From: an uncultured Pseudomonadota bacterium | GTDB taxonomy: Bacteria > UBA10199 > GCA-002796325 > 1-14-0-20-49-13 | Length of the DNA stretch: 33,845 nucleotides | Reading direction: 5' to 3' | Assembly (NCBI GenBank): GCA_964647545.1 | Contig: CAZYHS010000021.1 | Span: 1,397 to 35,241 of the forward strand | Shown here: positions 1-8,219 of the stretch, one piece after another | Layout: every line of letters starts with the position of its first letter | Numbering within the stretch: the first letter of the stretch is position 1 | The notes under the pieces: generated by a model | Told to the model about the DNA's origin: nothing | Database searches by the model: none | The model's input: only the letters and a program-made list of their open reading frames with translations | Program-made: the position numbers and the translations under genes

Positions 1-890
1 ATGTAACTGACCGGCTCTTCGGCGCTGCCGGAGGCATCGACAAGTTTTTCCAGCACCGGCAATTCAACAACGGCTGTGCTCATGTCTTCGCCTTCTCGCG
101 GAATGTAATAGAGAGTTTGCAATGTCGGGTCGAGATACCATTCGCCGGCTTCATCGAGGAATTCGTAAGCGTTCTCCCACCAGCTGAGCAGCTGAAAATT
201 CCACGGCTCGGGGAAAACGTTCACGTTCGTCCAACACGGCGTTTGCATCACAACGTCCGAAGCGCTGTTGATTTGGGCGATCGGGCAACGCATCATTTTC
301 CATTGAGTCACCGTGACAGCTTCTACCAGCGTTGGGTTGTTCCACACCGGAGGAATTTGCGGGTCGTCGCCTAGAATGTATTCGTAGAAATAGCCTGTCG
401 CGGTCCGCGAATAGTAGTTTGGATAATCAACCGTGCGTGCGCGGGTTGCGCGTGTGCCGTTAACAAAAAGCTGTCTCGGCATCGTTGTTGTTGCAACGGA
501 CGCACTCCAGATATTTTTTCCGGCGTCGTGAAGCGTCCAGCCGGTGACCTGTTCGGAGCCGATGATTGAAACGGTGGCGCCAGACACGGCCTTGTAAACA
601 ACGGGGGCCCCAGTTGCGCCGGAATCTTCCGACGTAAACGTAAGAGGTTCGGACAACCTGTAAGTCCCCTCTTCTATGTTCACGTTAATTGGAATAGTTC
701 CACGTGATGGGTTTGCGCGCACAACGTCGCGTGCGTGCGCGATTGTTTTAAATGGGGCATCTTGCGTGCCGGCGGCAGAGTCGCTACCGTCGGGCGAAAC
801 CCAGTAGTTAATGCCGCCAGAGCCTGATACGCAAGCATTTGCGACAAAACCCAAAAACAAAAGAGACAAAGCTATTTGCTTGAAATTCAC
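1..890 (-). CDS. Secreted right-handed parallel beta-helix (pectin-lyase-fold) protein. The N-terminal 296 aa are in the window and the C-terminus lies beyond the left edge.
   Basis: Minus-strand frame is open from the GTG at 890 to base 1, with an in-frame TGA just upstream of the GTG. N-terminus VNFKQIALSLLFLGFVANA|C is a signal peptide with an AxA site or weak lipobox. It is followed by YWVSPDGSDSAAGTQDAPFKTIAHARDVV...GTYRL, the typical opening of beta-helix proteins. The annotated short ORFs 117-374, 151-345 and 371-601 lie inside it and are rejected. Confidence 0.6.
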   Translation of the reverse strand, partial: MNFKQIALSLLFLGFVANACVSGSGGINYWVSPDGSDSAAGTQDAPFKTIAHARDVVRANPSRGTIPINVNIEEGTYRLSEPLTFTSEDSGATGAPVVYKAVSGATVSIIGSEQVTGWTLHDAGKNIWSASVATTTMPRQLFVNGTRATRARTVDYPNYYSRTATGYFYEYILGDDPQIPPVWNNPTLVEAVTVTQWKMMRCPIAQINSASDVVMQTPCWTNVNVFPEPWNFQLLSWWENAYEFLDEAGEWYLDPTLQTLYYIPREGEDMSTAVVELPVLEKLVDASGSAEEPVSY

Positions 891-1048
891 AGAGAAACTC
901 TCTCATATGCCAAGAGCTTTTAGGCAAGAAAAATATAACGACATTCAAAAAACCGGCGAGGGCTACAACCGAAAAAAACTAGCAACAATCTGGCAACTAT
1001 GCCGATAAACCAACAGTCAATAAAAACACAAACTACGGAGATGATTCT
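891..1048. promoter_or_regulatory. Divergent intergenic region carrying the promoters for the beta-helix gene (minus) and the 1049 gene (plus)
   Basis: 158-nt AT-rich spacer between divergently oriented starts. GGAG lies 8 nt upstream of the ATG at 1049. No strong -35/-10 pair is asserted. Confidence 0.4.
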
Positions 1049-1633
1049 ATGTTACCGGAAAAATGCGGCGCGGTAAGCGTCAGCCTGATGAAGAACGAAG
1101 TTAACAACGATGACTATCACGGTCAGATCACACTCAACCGTTGCGCAGTGACATCGCGCTGCGACCTCACCTTTGACGAGGTGGATGATCTTGAACCATT
1201 TAACTGCGTTGATGACGTTATGCTTCGCGGACAAGGGTTTAATAAGGTCGAAGCAGGAGAAGAGTATACGCAGAAAATAAAACGTTTTGTCGGACAGTTT
1301 ATTCAACAGGCAGGCGCAAACATTGGCTCTGCAATTCTTTCCGGTAACTTCAAATCGGGCGAAACATTCCGCGGCGAGTCTGGATATGTCACCTACAACT
1401 TGACCCTGTCATGCTACACAAACAACGCCAGCATCATCACCTACTATTCAAACCTGTTGCCCGACACAGGAAAAGTCGAAAGGCCTGTTTACGGCTACAT
1501 GCAAATTTCAAGTGAAGATGGCGGAAGTCTCGCTAACCTTGTCGATGCAGCATGCGGAGCCGTTGCACTGCAGAGTGCGGCAAGACATGCCCAAACGGCC
1601 ATCAATGCCCTAAAAGAGATCTTCACATTTTAA
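1049..1633 (+). CDS. Hypothetical 194-aa protein with no signal peptide and 7 Cys
   Basis: ATG at 1049 is preceded by ACGGAG. An in-frame TAG at 980-982 means there is no alternative upstream start. It is followed by a clear intrinsic terminator. I recognise no domain. Confidence 0.55.
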   Translation: MLPEKCGAVSVSLMKNEVNNDDYHGQITLNRCAVTSRCDLTFDEVDDLEPFNCVDDVMLRGQGFNKVEAGEEYTQKIKRFVGQFIQQAGANIGSAILSGNFKSGETFRGESGYVTYNLTLSCYTNNASIITYYSNLLPDTGKVERPVYGYMQISSEDGGSLANLVDAACGAVALQSAARHAQTAINALKEIFTF

Positions 1634-1654
1634 ACTTGATCCGATCGTTATAAA

Positions 1655-1690
1655 AAGCCCGCCCTGAAAAATTCAGGTCGGGCTTTTTTG
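1655..1690 (+). terminator. Rho-independent terminator after the 1049-1633 gene
   Basis: AGCCCGCCCTGAA-aaa-TTCAGGTCGGGCT stem with one mismatch, followed by TTTTTTG. Confidence 0.7.
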
Positions 1691-1748
1691 TTCATACTTA
1701 TTTGATATTTGGCCCAAACTATGACTAAGTGCCTTGGATGGAGGCTTC

Positions 1749-2876
1749 ATGAATAAGGTCCTTTTGCTCATAGCGATATTTTTTGTCTCAATTTTCACAA
1801 ATGCCGAGGCAAAACAGCAGCTGCCTCGCGATATGAACGACGCTGCCGACATCCGCAGCTCTATCGAACGTCAAATGCAAGATGCCGCCGTGATGGCCTC
1901 AACCGTAACGCGCGGCAACATCGCCGGCGACATAGCTCCGGCCTCGACCCCCGAAAAAGAGATCGAACGCAGACGGCGGCTGATAAACGGCGCCCACAGC
2001 GATTTCATGAAGCTAAAAGCCGATATGAGCGCCGCCGGTCCTAAATCGAATTATTCGCCTTCGCCGCAAGTGGGAGATAAAAAAGAGGGCGGCATAGCGA
2101 GCGCAAACAACGTCAAAGCCAATGCCGAGTTAGCGGCAGCAATAAGAGATGCGGCCGAACCTCCTAAAGCAATAGCAGTGGAAGGACGCGTAATTATCGA
2201 AGGAGGAGAAGCCGATAAACGCGCGCCAAACAACCAAGACGCCGGAGTGAAATATTCGATCGAAGAACGCTTCGTCGGAAATCTCATCATTGCGCCACCG
2301 GAAACTTCCGAGCAGCCAACTCTTGAAGAGGCCATCGCCGCCGGAACTCTTAAACCCGACGGAGTTGCGTCGGCGTCCGGCGGAAACAAACCTTCCACAG
2401 AATCTTCCGCAAAGTCGGCAAAAAACGCCGGCGGAATTCTTGCTCCCGATTATCAACTCGATACGATATCGACCGGCGTTAAGGTCCTCTCGCTTGGCGG
2501 CGGCGCCTGCGTCCGCTCTAATAGAGGGGGTGACGACGAATGCACTGAAAAAGACCCTTTCGTCACAAGTAAAATCGACAAAGAAAATAAATACGGCAAC
2601 TTTAACGACGGTGTTGTCGCGGCACAGAGAGAAGGAGACACGGTAAAGATCGAAGTCGCCTCCCCCGCCGTCTCTTTTGCGACGGCAATGAAAACAAAGA
2701 CCGCTGAAGTCGGCTGCTCAAACGCCATTTTTGAAATCAAAACCTCTGAATTTAAACAGATGATCGAAAACGGCGGCATGACGATCAGTAGATCATTTAG
2801 CGAAAGCGCACAGTCGGCCTCTTCGTGCCGTCATGGCTCAAAAATAACTCTGCACATGACCGTAAAAAACAAATAG
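1749..2876 (+). CDS. Secreted low-complexity (Ala/Gly/Ser/Lys/Glu-rich) hypothetical protein
   Basis: ATG at 1749 with GGATGGAGG 5 nt upstream. The listed TTG at 1734 is less likely. Signal peptide MNKVLLLIAIFFVSIFTNAEA|K. The rest looks compositionally disordered. The long antisense ORFs inside it (2051-2398, 2130-2456, 2453-2779) are GC/low-complexity artefacts. Confidence 0.6.
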   Translation: MNKVLLLIAIFFVSIFTNAEAKQQLPRDMNDAADIRSSIERQMQDAAVMASTVTRGNIAGDIAPASTPEKEIERRRRLINGAHSDFMKLKADMSAAGPKSNYSPSPQVGDKKEGGIASANNVKANAELAAAIRDAAEPPKAIAVEGRVIIEGGEADKRAPNNQDAGVKYSIEERFVGNLIIAPPETSEQPTLEEAIAAGTLKPDGVASASGGNKPSTESSAKSAKNAGGILAPDYQLDTISTGVKVLSLGGGACVRSNRGGDDECTEKDPFVTSKIDKENKYGNFNDGVVAAQREGDTVKIEVASPAVSFATAMKTKTAEVGCSNAIFEIKTSEFKQMIENGGMTISRSFSESAQSASSCRHGSKITLHMTVKNK

Positions 2877-2912
2877 ACCGGCATTAAGCCGGCTCTTTAA
2901 TATGGGGGCGAA

Positions 2913-4715
2913 ATGAGGAAACTACTGTTAGCGGCAACGACGGTCCTTTCGTTATTTCTTGCGACAACATCGACGGCAAAGGCAGAAAACATAACGGTCA
3001 CTCTCGACCCGACAACGTTCCCGACAACCGAAGCGTGCGACCCTGAACACTACGCGAACTGCCCGACGCAAACAATGGTGGCTACCCTTGAAGGAACCTA
3101 CGTTGACTTCAGGCACATCATGCGAATTACCGCAGTCTATATCGATTCCCTTGGCGGCTCCATCGCGATCACCGACGATAAATGCTCGGGTCAAAAGCTG
3201 CACATGCTCGGCACCTGCACGATTACAATGAGTTTCCAGCCGTTGCAGCCCGTAAACTATCAGGCAAATCTGGTGATTAATTATTCACTGGGGGCCCTTG
3301 CCGACAGCAAAGTCGTTGCAGTGTCTGGAAGCGGCTACGCCCCTGCCCCGCATCTCTATCCGGCATCGATAAACTTCGGCAAAAAATCTCTCAATTCGGA
3401 AAAAGAATGGCTCTACGTCGAAATTTTAAATCAGGCCCGCACAAGCATTGAAATTAACGACACCATTCTCAACGAACTTTTTTCAAACGAAGCTTTAGGA
3501 GTCGATACAACCTGCAAAGGAAAAGTTCTTGAGCCCGAAGTGATGCCTGCACAGGCATCGTGCGACATGGGAGTAAGTTTCTATCCGACCAACCCGACAA
3601 CGGTCGATCAACAGCTTGAAGGCTATGCGGAAATTTATGTCAACCATCTGCTGGGCGATCAGCAGGTGAACCTTCTCGGTACGGTTATTGCCGCTGACAG
3701 CAAAGATTTAAAAATTTCCGCCGCCGGCCTATACTTCGGCGACCAAACAATCGGAGAAGAGAGCGCAGTCAAGTCATTTACGATCACAAACGTTGGCACG
3801 TTAAACGTAGTAATGGGAGCCATCACCTCGGACGACGCGCAATTTGCGATAACCGACAACGACTGCCCCGGCGTCGGAGTCGAATTGAACCCAGCTGACG
3901 TCTGCACGGTAGAACTCACCTTCACACCCAGCGCACCGGCCGGCTTAAAAACTGCAACGGTCACAATTAATAACGACGCAGAAGACAACCCGCAAACGGT
4001 CGCCCTTCGCGGCAACGCCATTGACCCTGAAAATCCATCGGTCAGCCTCTCTTCGCGCAACCTTGACTTTGGAAATCAGACTGTCGGCATCTCGACAAAA
4101 CAATATGTCACGCTGGTAAATAAAGGCGGAACCAACCTTGTTATCGACACCGTGGAAGTCGAGGGCAACACCCAGCTTACCGTGGCCGAACCCGACACAG
4201 ACTGCGACGGAAACACAATTGCGCCGGAGTCCCGCTGCAAAATCGTAATTGAATACTCGCCGACGGAACCGGCGCCGGCCGAAGCGACAGTTTCAATCAC
4301 AGACAACGCCGACGACTCGCCGCAAACGATAGAGCTGGAAGGAACCGGAACACAGCCAAAAACCCCCGCAGTTCAACTGTCGGCTACAGATATAAATTTC
4401 GGGAATCAGACGATAGACACGTCAAAAACGCAAACGCTAACCGTGACAAACAACGGGACATCGGATTTGCAAATTTCTCTGACGGCTCTGGATGGAACGG
4501 GAGCCGCAAGTTTCAGCAAGCTCGACGGATGTATCGGCACGGTCGTTCAGCCGAACTCGACATGCAAGGTTGGGATATCGTTCTATCCAACCGAGTATCA
4601 AAGTTACAGCGCGACACTAAGCATTGCCGACAACGCCTCTGACAGCCCGCAAAGCGTGACATTAAGAGGCTACGGGGCATCGGCGCCGTCAAGCGGATGC
4701 TCGCTCATACGCTAA
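2913..4715 (+). CDS. Secreted 600-aa surface protein with four tandem choice-of-anchor-D-like repeats, ending in the tail ...SAPSSGCSLIR-COOH
   Basis: ATG at 2913 after a GGGGG run. Signal peptide MRKLLLAATTVLSLFLATTSTAKA|E. It has ~100-aa repeats of the form (L/I)xFGxQT(I/V)...(I/L)TNxGTxxLxI...C...P...C...V.FxP......A.(L/V)xIxxN(A/D)xDxPQ(T/S)(V/I)xLxG. The last six residues are GCSLIR, the same as the protein at 32427. Confidence 0.75.
   Translation: MRKLLLAATTVLSLFLATTSTAKAENITVTLDPTTFPTTEACDPEHYANCPTQTMVATLEGTYVDFRHIMRITAVYIDSLGGSIAITDDKCSGQKLHMLGTCTITMSFQPLQPVNYQANLVINYSLGALADSKVVAVSGSGYAPAPHLYPASINFGKKSLNSEKEWLYVEILNQARTSIEINDTILNELFSNEALGVDTTCKGKVLEPEVMPAQASCDMGVSFYPTNPTTVDQQLEGYAEIYVNHLLGDQQVNLLGTVIAADSKDLKISAAGLYFGDQTIGEESAVKSFTITNVGTLNVVMGAITSDDAQFAITDNDCPGVGVELNPADVCTVELTFTPSAPAGLKTATVTINNDAEDNPQTVALRGNAIDPENPSVSLSSRNLDFGNQTVGISTKQYVTLVNKGGTNLVIDTVEVEGNTQLTVAEPDTDCDGNTIAPESRCKIVIEYSPTEPAPAEATVSITDNADDSPQTIELEGTGTQPKTPAVQLSATDINFGNQTIDTSKTQTLTVTNNGTSDLQISLTALDGTGAASFSKLDGCIGTVVQPNSTCKVGISFYPTEYQSYSATLSIADNASDSPQSVTLRGYGASAPSSGCSLIR
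3367..4680 (+). repeat. Four tandem protein-level repeats (~100 aa each) inside the 2913-4715 CDS, at approximately 3367-3690, 3728-4030, 4058-4350 and 4388-4680
   Basis: Recurring INFG/LYFG/LDFG/INFG starts, paired Cys, and an (S/T)IxDNAxDSPQ(T/S)(I/V) ending. The repeats are diverged at nucleotide level, so this is a domain repeat, not a DNA repeat. Confidence 0.6.
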
Positions 4716-4737
4716 CCAAAAAGAATTCGCCTAAAGC

Positions 4738-4774
4738 AACGCCCGACCTGCGAAGAGTCGGGCGTTGTTTCTTT
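4738..4774 (+). terminator. Intrinsic terminator after the 2913-4715 gene, lying between convergent genes
   Basis: Perfect 10-bp stem AACGCCCGAC / GTCGGGCGTT with a 9-nt loop, then GTTTCTTT. Confidence 0.7.
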
Positions 4775-4814
4775 GAGAATGTTAAGCCTTAAAAAATGGA
4801 GAGTGCAAAAAGCG

Positions 4815-5798
4815 TCAAATTTTAACGGCTATTAAAGCTGCGGCAAACGGCGTAGAATCAAGCTCAATGCGGTTGTAACCGGTGTCTTTCAAAATGCTTC
4901 TCCCCTCAAAAATATATCTCCCGAATCGCCAGCCCCCCGACAGTTTGAATTCAATCTTTTTCTGCAGCCGTACGCTCAAAGATGCGCCGGAGGTCTTTTC
5001 AACGATAAATATCTGCCGGTTTTTTATCGCGCGGCCGGTCCTCCAAAAATGGTCATCGTCCCATTGAAAATAACCCGCCAACCTTAACCATCTTTGAGGA
5101 TTCCAACCGGCGTCAGCATAAAGGCGAATGATAGGGAAATATCGCAAATTGAAATTTAATTTCGAACGCGGCATAAGCTGAACGTTCATTGCAGGAGCCC
5201 CGATAAGCCCCCGCCCCCACTCTCTATTGAAAATATAACCGAACCCCGGAAGCGGCACATGCCTTAGAAAATCGCGATTGCTTGAATAGTTAAGAAAGAA
5301 AGCCCATGCGTCGCCATCTCCGGCCGGAACGAGCAGCGCGGCGTTTCCGGTGAATTCAAGCGTATTGAAATTCGCGAACGGCCGGTTGCTCGAAGAACCG
5401 GCAAGAGCGTTGCCACCTAAGATCCACCCGTTGGAGAATTTGTGACGGAATGCCGGCCCAAAGTTCACGTCACTAAAAATATCTGGGAGCATCCCCCCGC
5501 TTGAAGGGAGAAAAAGGTTGCGCCCCAAAGAGACAAGTTCTCCGGAAACCGCAAAACCGGCCTCGTTTGCGCCGCCATTAAATAGCGGCACATACCCCGC
5601 AAGAGATTCTTTCGTAAGCGATGTCGTCCCCGACGAGGAATCAAAGCGGCCTTCGATGGAGGTTCTCTGCCGCCCGAGCTGCGGGTCTAACAGAACTTCA
5701 TAAGCGTTCATCCCAATGGCAAAGGCTGGATAAAAATTGAGCAGAAAGACGAAGATGAAAAAAACACTTTTGGCGATAGCATTCCTAGGAATTTTCAT
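4815..5798 (-). CDS. Putative outer-membrane or periplasmic protein with a signal peptide. It is the last gene of the HK-RR-OMP operon.
   Basis: ATG at 5798 overlaps the upstream stop in an ATGA junction. N-terminus MKIPRNAIAKSVFFIFVFLLNFYPAFA. It is rich in Gly/Asn/aromatics with alternating hydrophobic residues, suggesting a beta-barrel. The C-terminus ...LIAVKI is not a canonical terminal Phe. Confidence 0.55.
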   Translation of the reverse strand: MKIPRNAIAKSVFFIFVFLLNFYPAFAIGMNAYEVLLDPQLGRQRTSIEGRFDSSSGTTSLTKESLAGYVPLFNGGANEAGFAVSGELVSLGRNLFLPSSGGMLPDIFSDVNFGPAFRHKFSNGWILGGNALAGSSSNRPFANFNTLEFTGNAALLVPAGDGDAWAFFLNYSSNRDFLRHVPLPGFGYIFNREWGRGLIGAPAMNVQLMPRSKLNFNLRYFPIIRLYADAGWNPQRWLRLAGYFQWDDDHFWRTGRAIKNRQIFIVEKTSGASLSVRLQKKIEFKLSGGWRFGRYIFEGRSILKDTGYNRIELDSTPFAAALIAVKI

Positions 5799-6157
5799 GC
5801 AACGAGTTTGTTGATTTTGGAAATGAGCTCTTCTGGATCGTATGGAATGGAGATATAATCTTCCGCTCCGGTCTCTTTTAGAATCTTCTCTTCATCTCCG
5901 GAATTGGCCGAGAACAAAACGACCGGAATATTTTTTAAGCTTAGATTCGATCTCATCTGTTTGCACACATCGTCGCCCCCCATCTCCGGCATCAGAATGT
6001 CAAGCAGCACAAGATCGCACCTGTGTTTTGAAAGCCATTTGAGGGCATCTTCGCCGCTGTAAGCCACGACAGTTTCAAAACCTTCGGCCTCAAGCATGTC
6101 TTTGGTGACCTCGGCGACATCTTCTTCGTCGTTAACTATCAAAATTATTTTTGGCAT
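5795..6157 (-). CDS. Stand-alone response-regulator receiver domain (CheY-like, 120 aa) lacking the conserved Lys
   Basis: ILIVNDEEDV acidic pocket, phospho-acceptor LVLLDILMP, and VVLFSANS. The usual D-Y-[LV]-x-K-P-F motif reads DYISIPYD here. Its start overlaps the kinase gene by 13 nt. Confidence 0.85.
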   Translation of the reverse strand: MPKIILIVNDEEDVAEVTKDMLEAEGFETVVAYSGEDALKWLSKHRCDLVLLDILMPEMGGDDVCKQMRSNLSLKNIPVVLFSANSGDEEKILKETGAEDYISIPYDPEELISKINKLVA

Positions 6158-8157
6158 AACGCTCCTGTTGCTAACGGAAGCTCAAAGTAAAAGACCGTCC
6201 CGCTGCCGAATTTCGATTCTGCCCATATCCTGCCGCCATGCGCAACGATAATATCCTTTGAAATCGCCAGCCCAAGCCCCGTCCCGCCGGGGATACGTTT
6301 TAGCTGTTCGAACTGTTTAAATAGTCTTGGCATATCGGCCTCATTTATTCCCGGGCCGGTGTCGGCGACCGAAACGAGCACGCGGCCATCTTTCATTTCC
6401 GACCTGACCTTTACCGTGCCGCTATCTGTTAGACGAATTGCATTGTTTACAATATTTATCAGAACTTCCGTAATCCTATCTCTATCGAACAGGGCTTTTT
6501 CACAGCCTTCGAATGTTTCACAGGTCATTTCAAGCCCCTTTTTAACTGCAAGCGGCGTCATAGTTTCGCAAACTTCTTTTATGACCTCGTTAATGTCGTT
6601 TGGTAAAATATTGAATTTAATTTTTCCGGACTGAAGGGCCTGATAATCGAGAACCTCGCCAAGCAATCGTGAAAGCCGGTCAACGTTCTTGCGTTCCATA
6701 TCAAGATGCTTCTGCTGCTTCTCATTTATCGGGCCAAGCAACCCCTTTGACATCAGATGAATGCTCTCTTTAATGACCGTTAAAGGCGTTCTCAATTCGT
6801 GGGAGACCATGCTTGTAAATGCCGACTTTGCCTCGAGTGCGCGCTTTAGCTCTTCCTCGGAACTCTTTCTTTCGGTAATATCGAACTCTATTCCATCCCA
6901 CGACGTCGAGCCGTCAGAAAGATACTTTGGAACCGAAACGAAATATGACCACCTCAACGAACCGTCGGGATTGAACATTCTGGCTTCGGTTTTCAAAGGT
7001 CTTTTATCTGCCAGAGCTTCAAGTTCGGCGGCGGCAACCCGCGCTTTGTCGTCCGGATGAACCTTACCGTAAAGGAGTGAAACATCATTCATCATTTCGG
7101 CCGGAGAGACCCCGTAAAATTCCTCCACCTTGCCGCTAACATAAGTGCATTTTCTCTTATCGTCGGGATATCTCACAATCTGGTAAAGCATCGCCTTGTC
7201 GAGGTTATCGCTGATATTTTGCAGCTGCATTTTTTGAAGTTTTAAAGCCTCTTCGGCTTTTTTTCTTTCGGTCACGTCGCGCACTATCGCCTGCAGCACA
7301 TCACCCTCTCCAAGCTCAAGCCTATTTAAACTGACCTCGGCCATGAAAGTTGAGCCGTCCAAACGGCGATGCTGCCATTCGAAAAACTGCGGCGTTCCAG
7401 ACAGCGCAAGGTTCATTTTTTCCATCGCAGATTCTACAGACAATCTGCCGTCAGGCTGCCTTTCGGGAGAAAAACTTTGCGGGGTCGCACCCAATATCTG
7501 CTCGCGCGTGCAGCCATAAACTTCGAGCGTTCGGTCGTTGCATTCTGCGAAGCAATAATTTCTCACGATGAATATAGCGTCATGGGCGGCCTCAAAAAGT
7601 GTTCTGTGTTTGAGTTCACTTTCACGTAGGGACTGCTCGACCATTTTGTGCTCGGTCACGTCGCGAACGATTTCGATAGCGCCGACCCTCTCTCCGCTGT
7701 CATTGTACAGCGGCCCTGCAACCACCCAGAGGTGAGCCCCTTTTCCGCCATGTAAAACGGGATTGAACGACTCGGCCAGAATCGTGTTTTTGCCTCGTCG
7801 CACGTATTTGTATAATTTTTCTATTTCAGGCTGAGGTTTGTCTAAAAGGTCGATGACCATCGGGCGTCTTTGTCCGAAAAAAGGCTCCGCGTAGGCAAAG
7901 TCCCCCTTGCCCAGCAGCTTATCTTTTTTAACGCCGGTCATGATTTCGCAGGCGCGGTTCCACACGACCACACGTTTGGCCTTGTCGATTACAAAAGTTG
8001 CATCCGGAAGAAATTCGACGATATTGAGCAGGCGTTTATAATCAAGAAACTCGGCCTCGGCTAACTTAAGCCCGTGCCGATCACTTTTAAAGCCGCAGAG
8101 CCCTTTCAAAATATTCGCAAGACTCATGACGGTTTTATACACCCGCAATAAGTGCAA
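6145..8157 (-). CDS. Cytoplasmic multi-PAS sensor histidine kinase
   Basis: Several PAS-like segments, an H-box MVSHELRTPLTVIKESIHLM, and HATPase_c motifs (NAIRLT..., DTGPGI, GGTGLGLAI). No transmembrane segment. The listed start at 8157 is a TTG. An ATG at 8127 (MSLANILKG...) is an alternative start. Confidence 0.85.
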   Translation of the reverse strand: MHLLRVYKTVMSLANILKGLCGFKSDRHGLKLAEAEFLDYKRLLNIVEFLPDATFVIDKAKRVVVWNRACEIMTGVKKDKLLGKGDFAYAEPFFGQRRPMVIDLLDKPQPEIEKLYKYVRRGKNTILAESFNPVLHGGKGAHLWVVAGPLYNDSGERVGAIEIVRDVTEHKMVEQSLRESELKHRTLFEAAHDAIFIVRNYCFAECNDRTLEVYGCTREQILGATPQSFSPERQPDGRLSVESAMEKMNLALSGTPQFFEWQHRRLDGSTFMAEVSLNRLELGEGDVLQAIVRDVTERKKAEEALKLQKMQLQNISDNLDKAMLYQIVRYPDDKRKCTYVSGKVEEFYGVSPAEMMNDVSLLYGKVHPDDKARVAAAELEALADKRPLKTEARMFNPDGSLRWSYFVSVPKYLSDGSTSWDGIEFDITERKSSEEELKRALEAKSAFTSMVSHELRTPLTVIKESIHLMSKGLLGPINEKQQKHLDMERKNVDRLSRLLGEVLDYQALQSGKIKFNILPNDINEVIKEVCETMTPLAVKKGLEMTCETFEGCEKALFDRDRITEVLINIVNNAIRLTDSGTVKVRSEMKDGRVLVSVADTGPGINEADMPRLFKQFEQLKRIPGGTGLGLAISKDIIVAHGGRIWAESKFGSGTVFYFELPLATGALCQK

Positions 8158-8219
8158 AACAATCTCATAATACCGGTTTTTAATTTGACTAGAGCGCCCT
8201 GCATGGTTAAATTTGCGGC

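Noticed and set aside
811-1008. 65-aa plus-strand ORF overlapping the 5' end of the beta-helix gene and the divergent promoter region
   Set aside because: No RBS and a Lys/Arg-rich low-complexity product. It overlaps a well-supported signal-peptide-encoding start on the other strand.
2051-2779. Long antisense ORFs (2051-2398, 2130-2456, 2453-2779 minus; 2290-2646 plus in another frame) inside the 1749-2876 gene
   Set aside because: They arise from the GC-rich, low-complexity Ala/Gly/Ser coding sequence. The plus-strand frame with a signal peptide and RBS is the coherent one.
1655-4774. Shared GCCCGACCTG core in the two terminators, considered as a REP or mobile-element signature
   Set aside because: Only two copies are visible, and each is a functional-looking terminator in the expected place. 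Calling a repeat family needs genome-wide counts.
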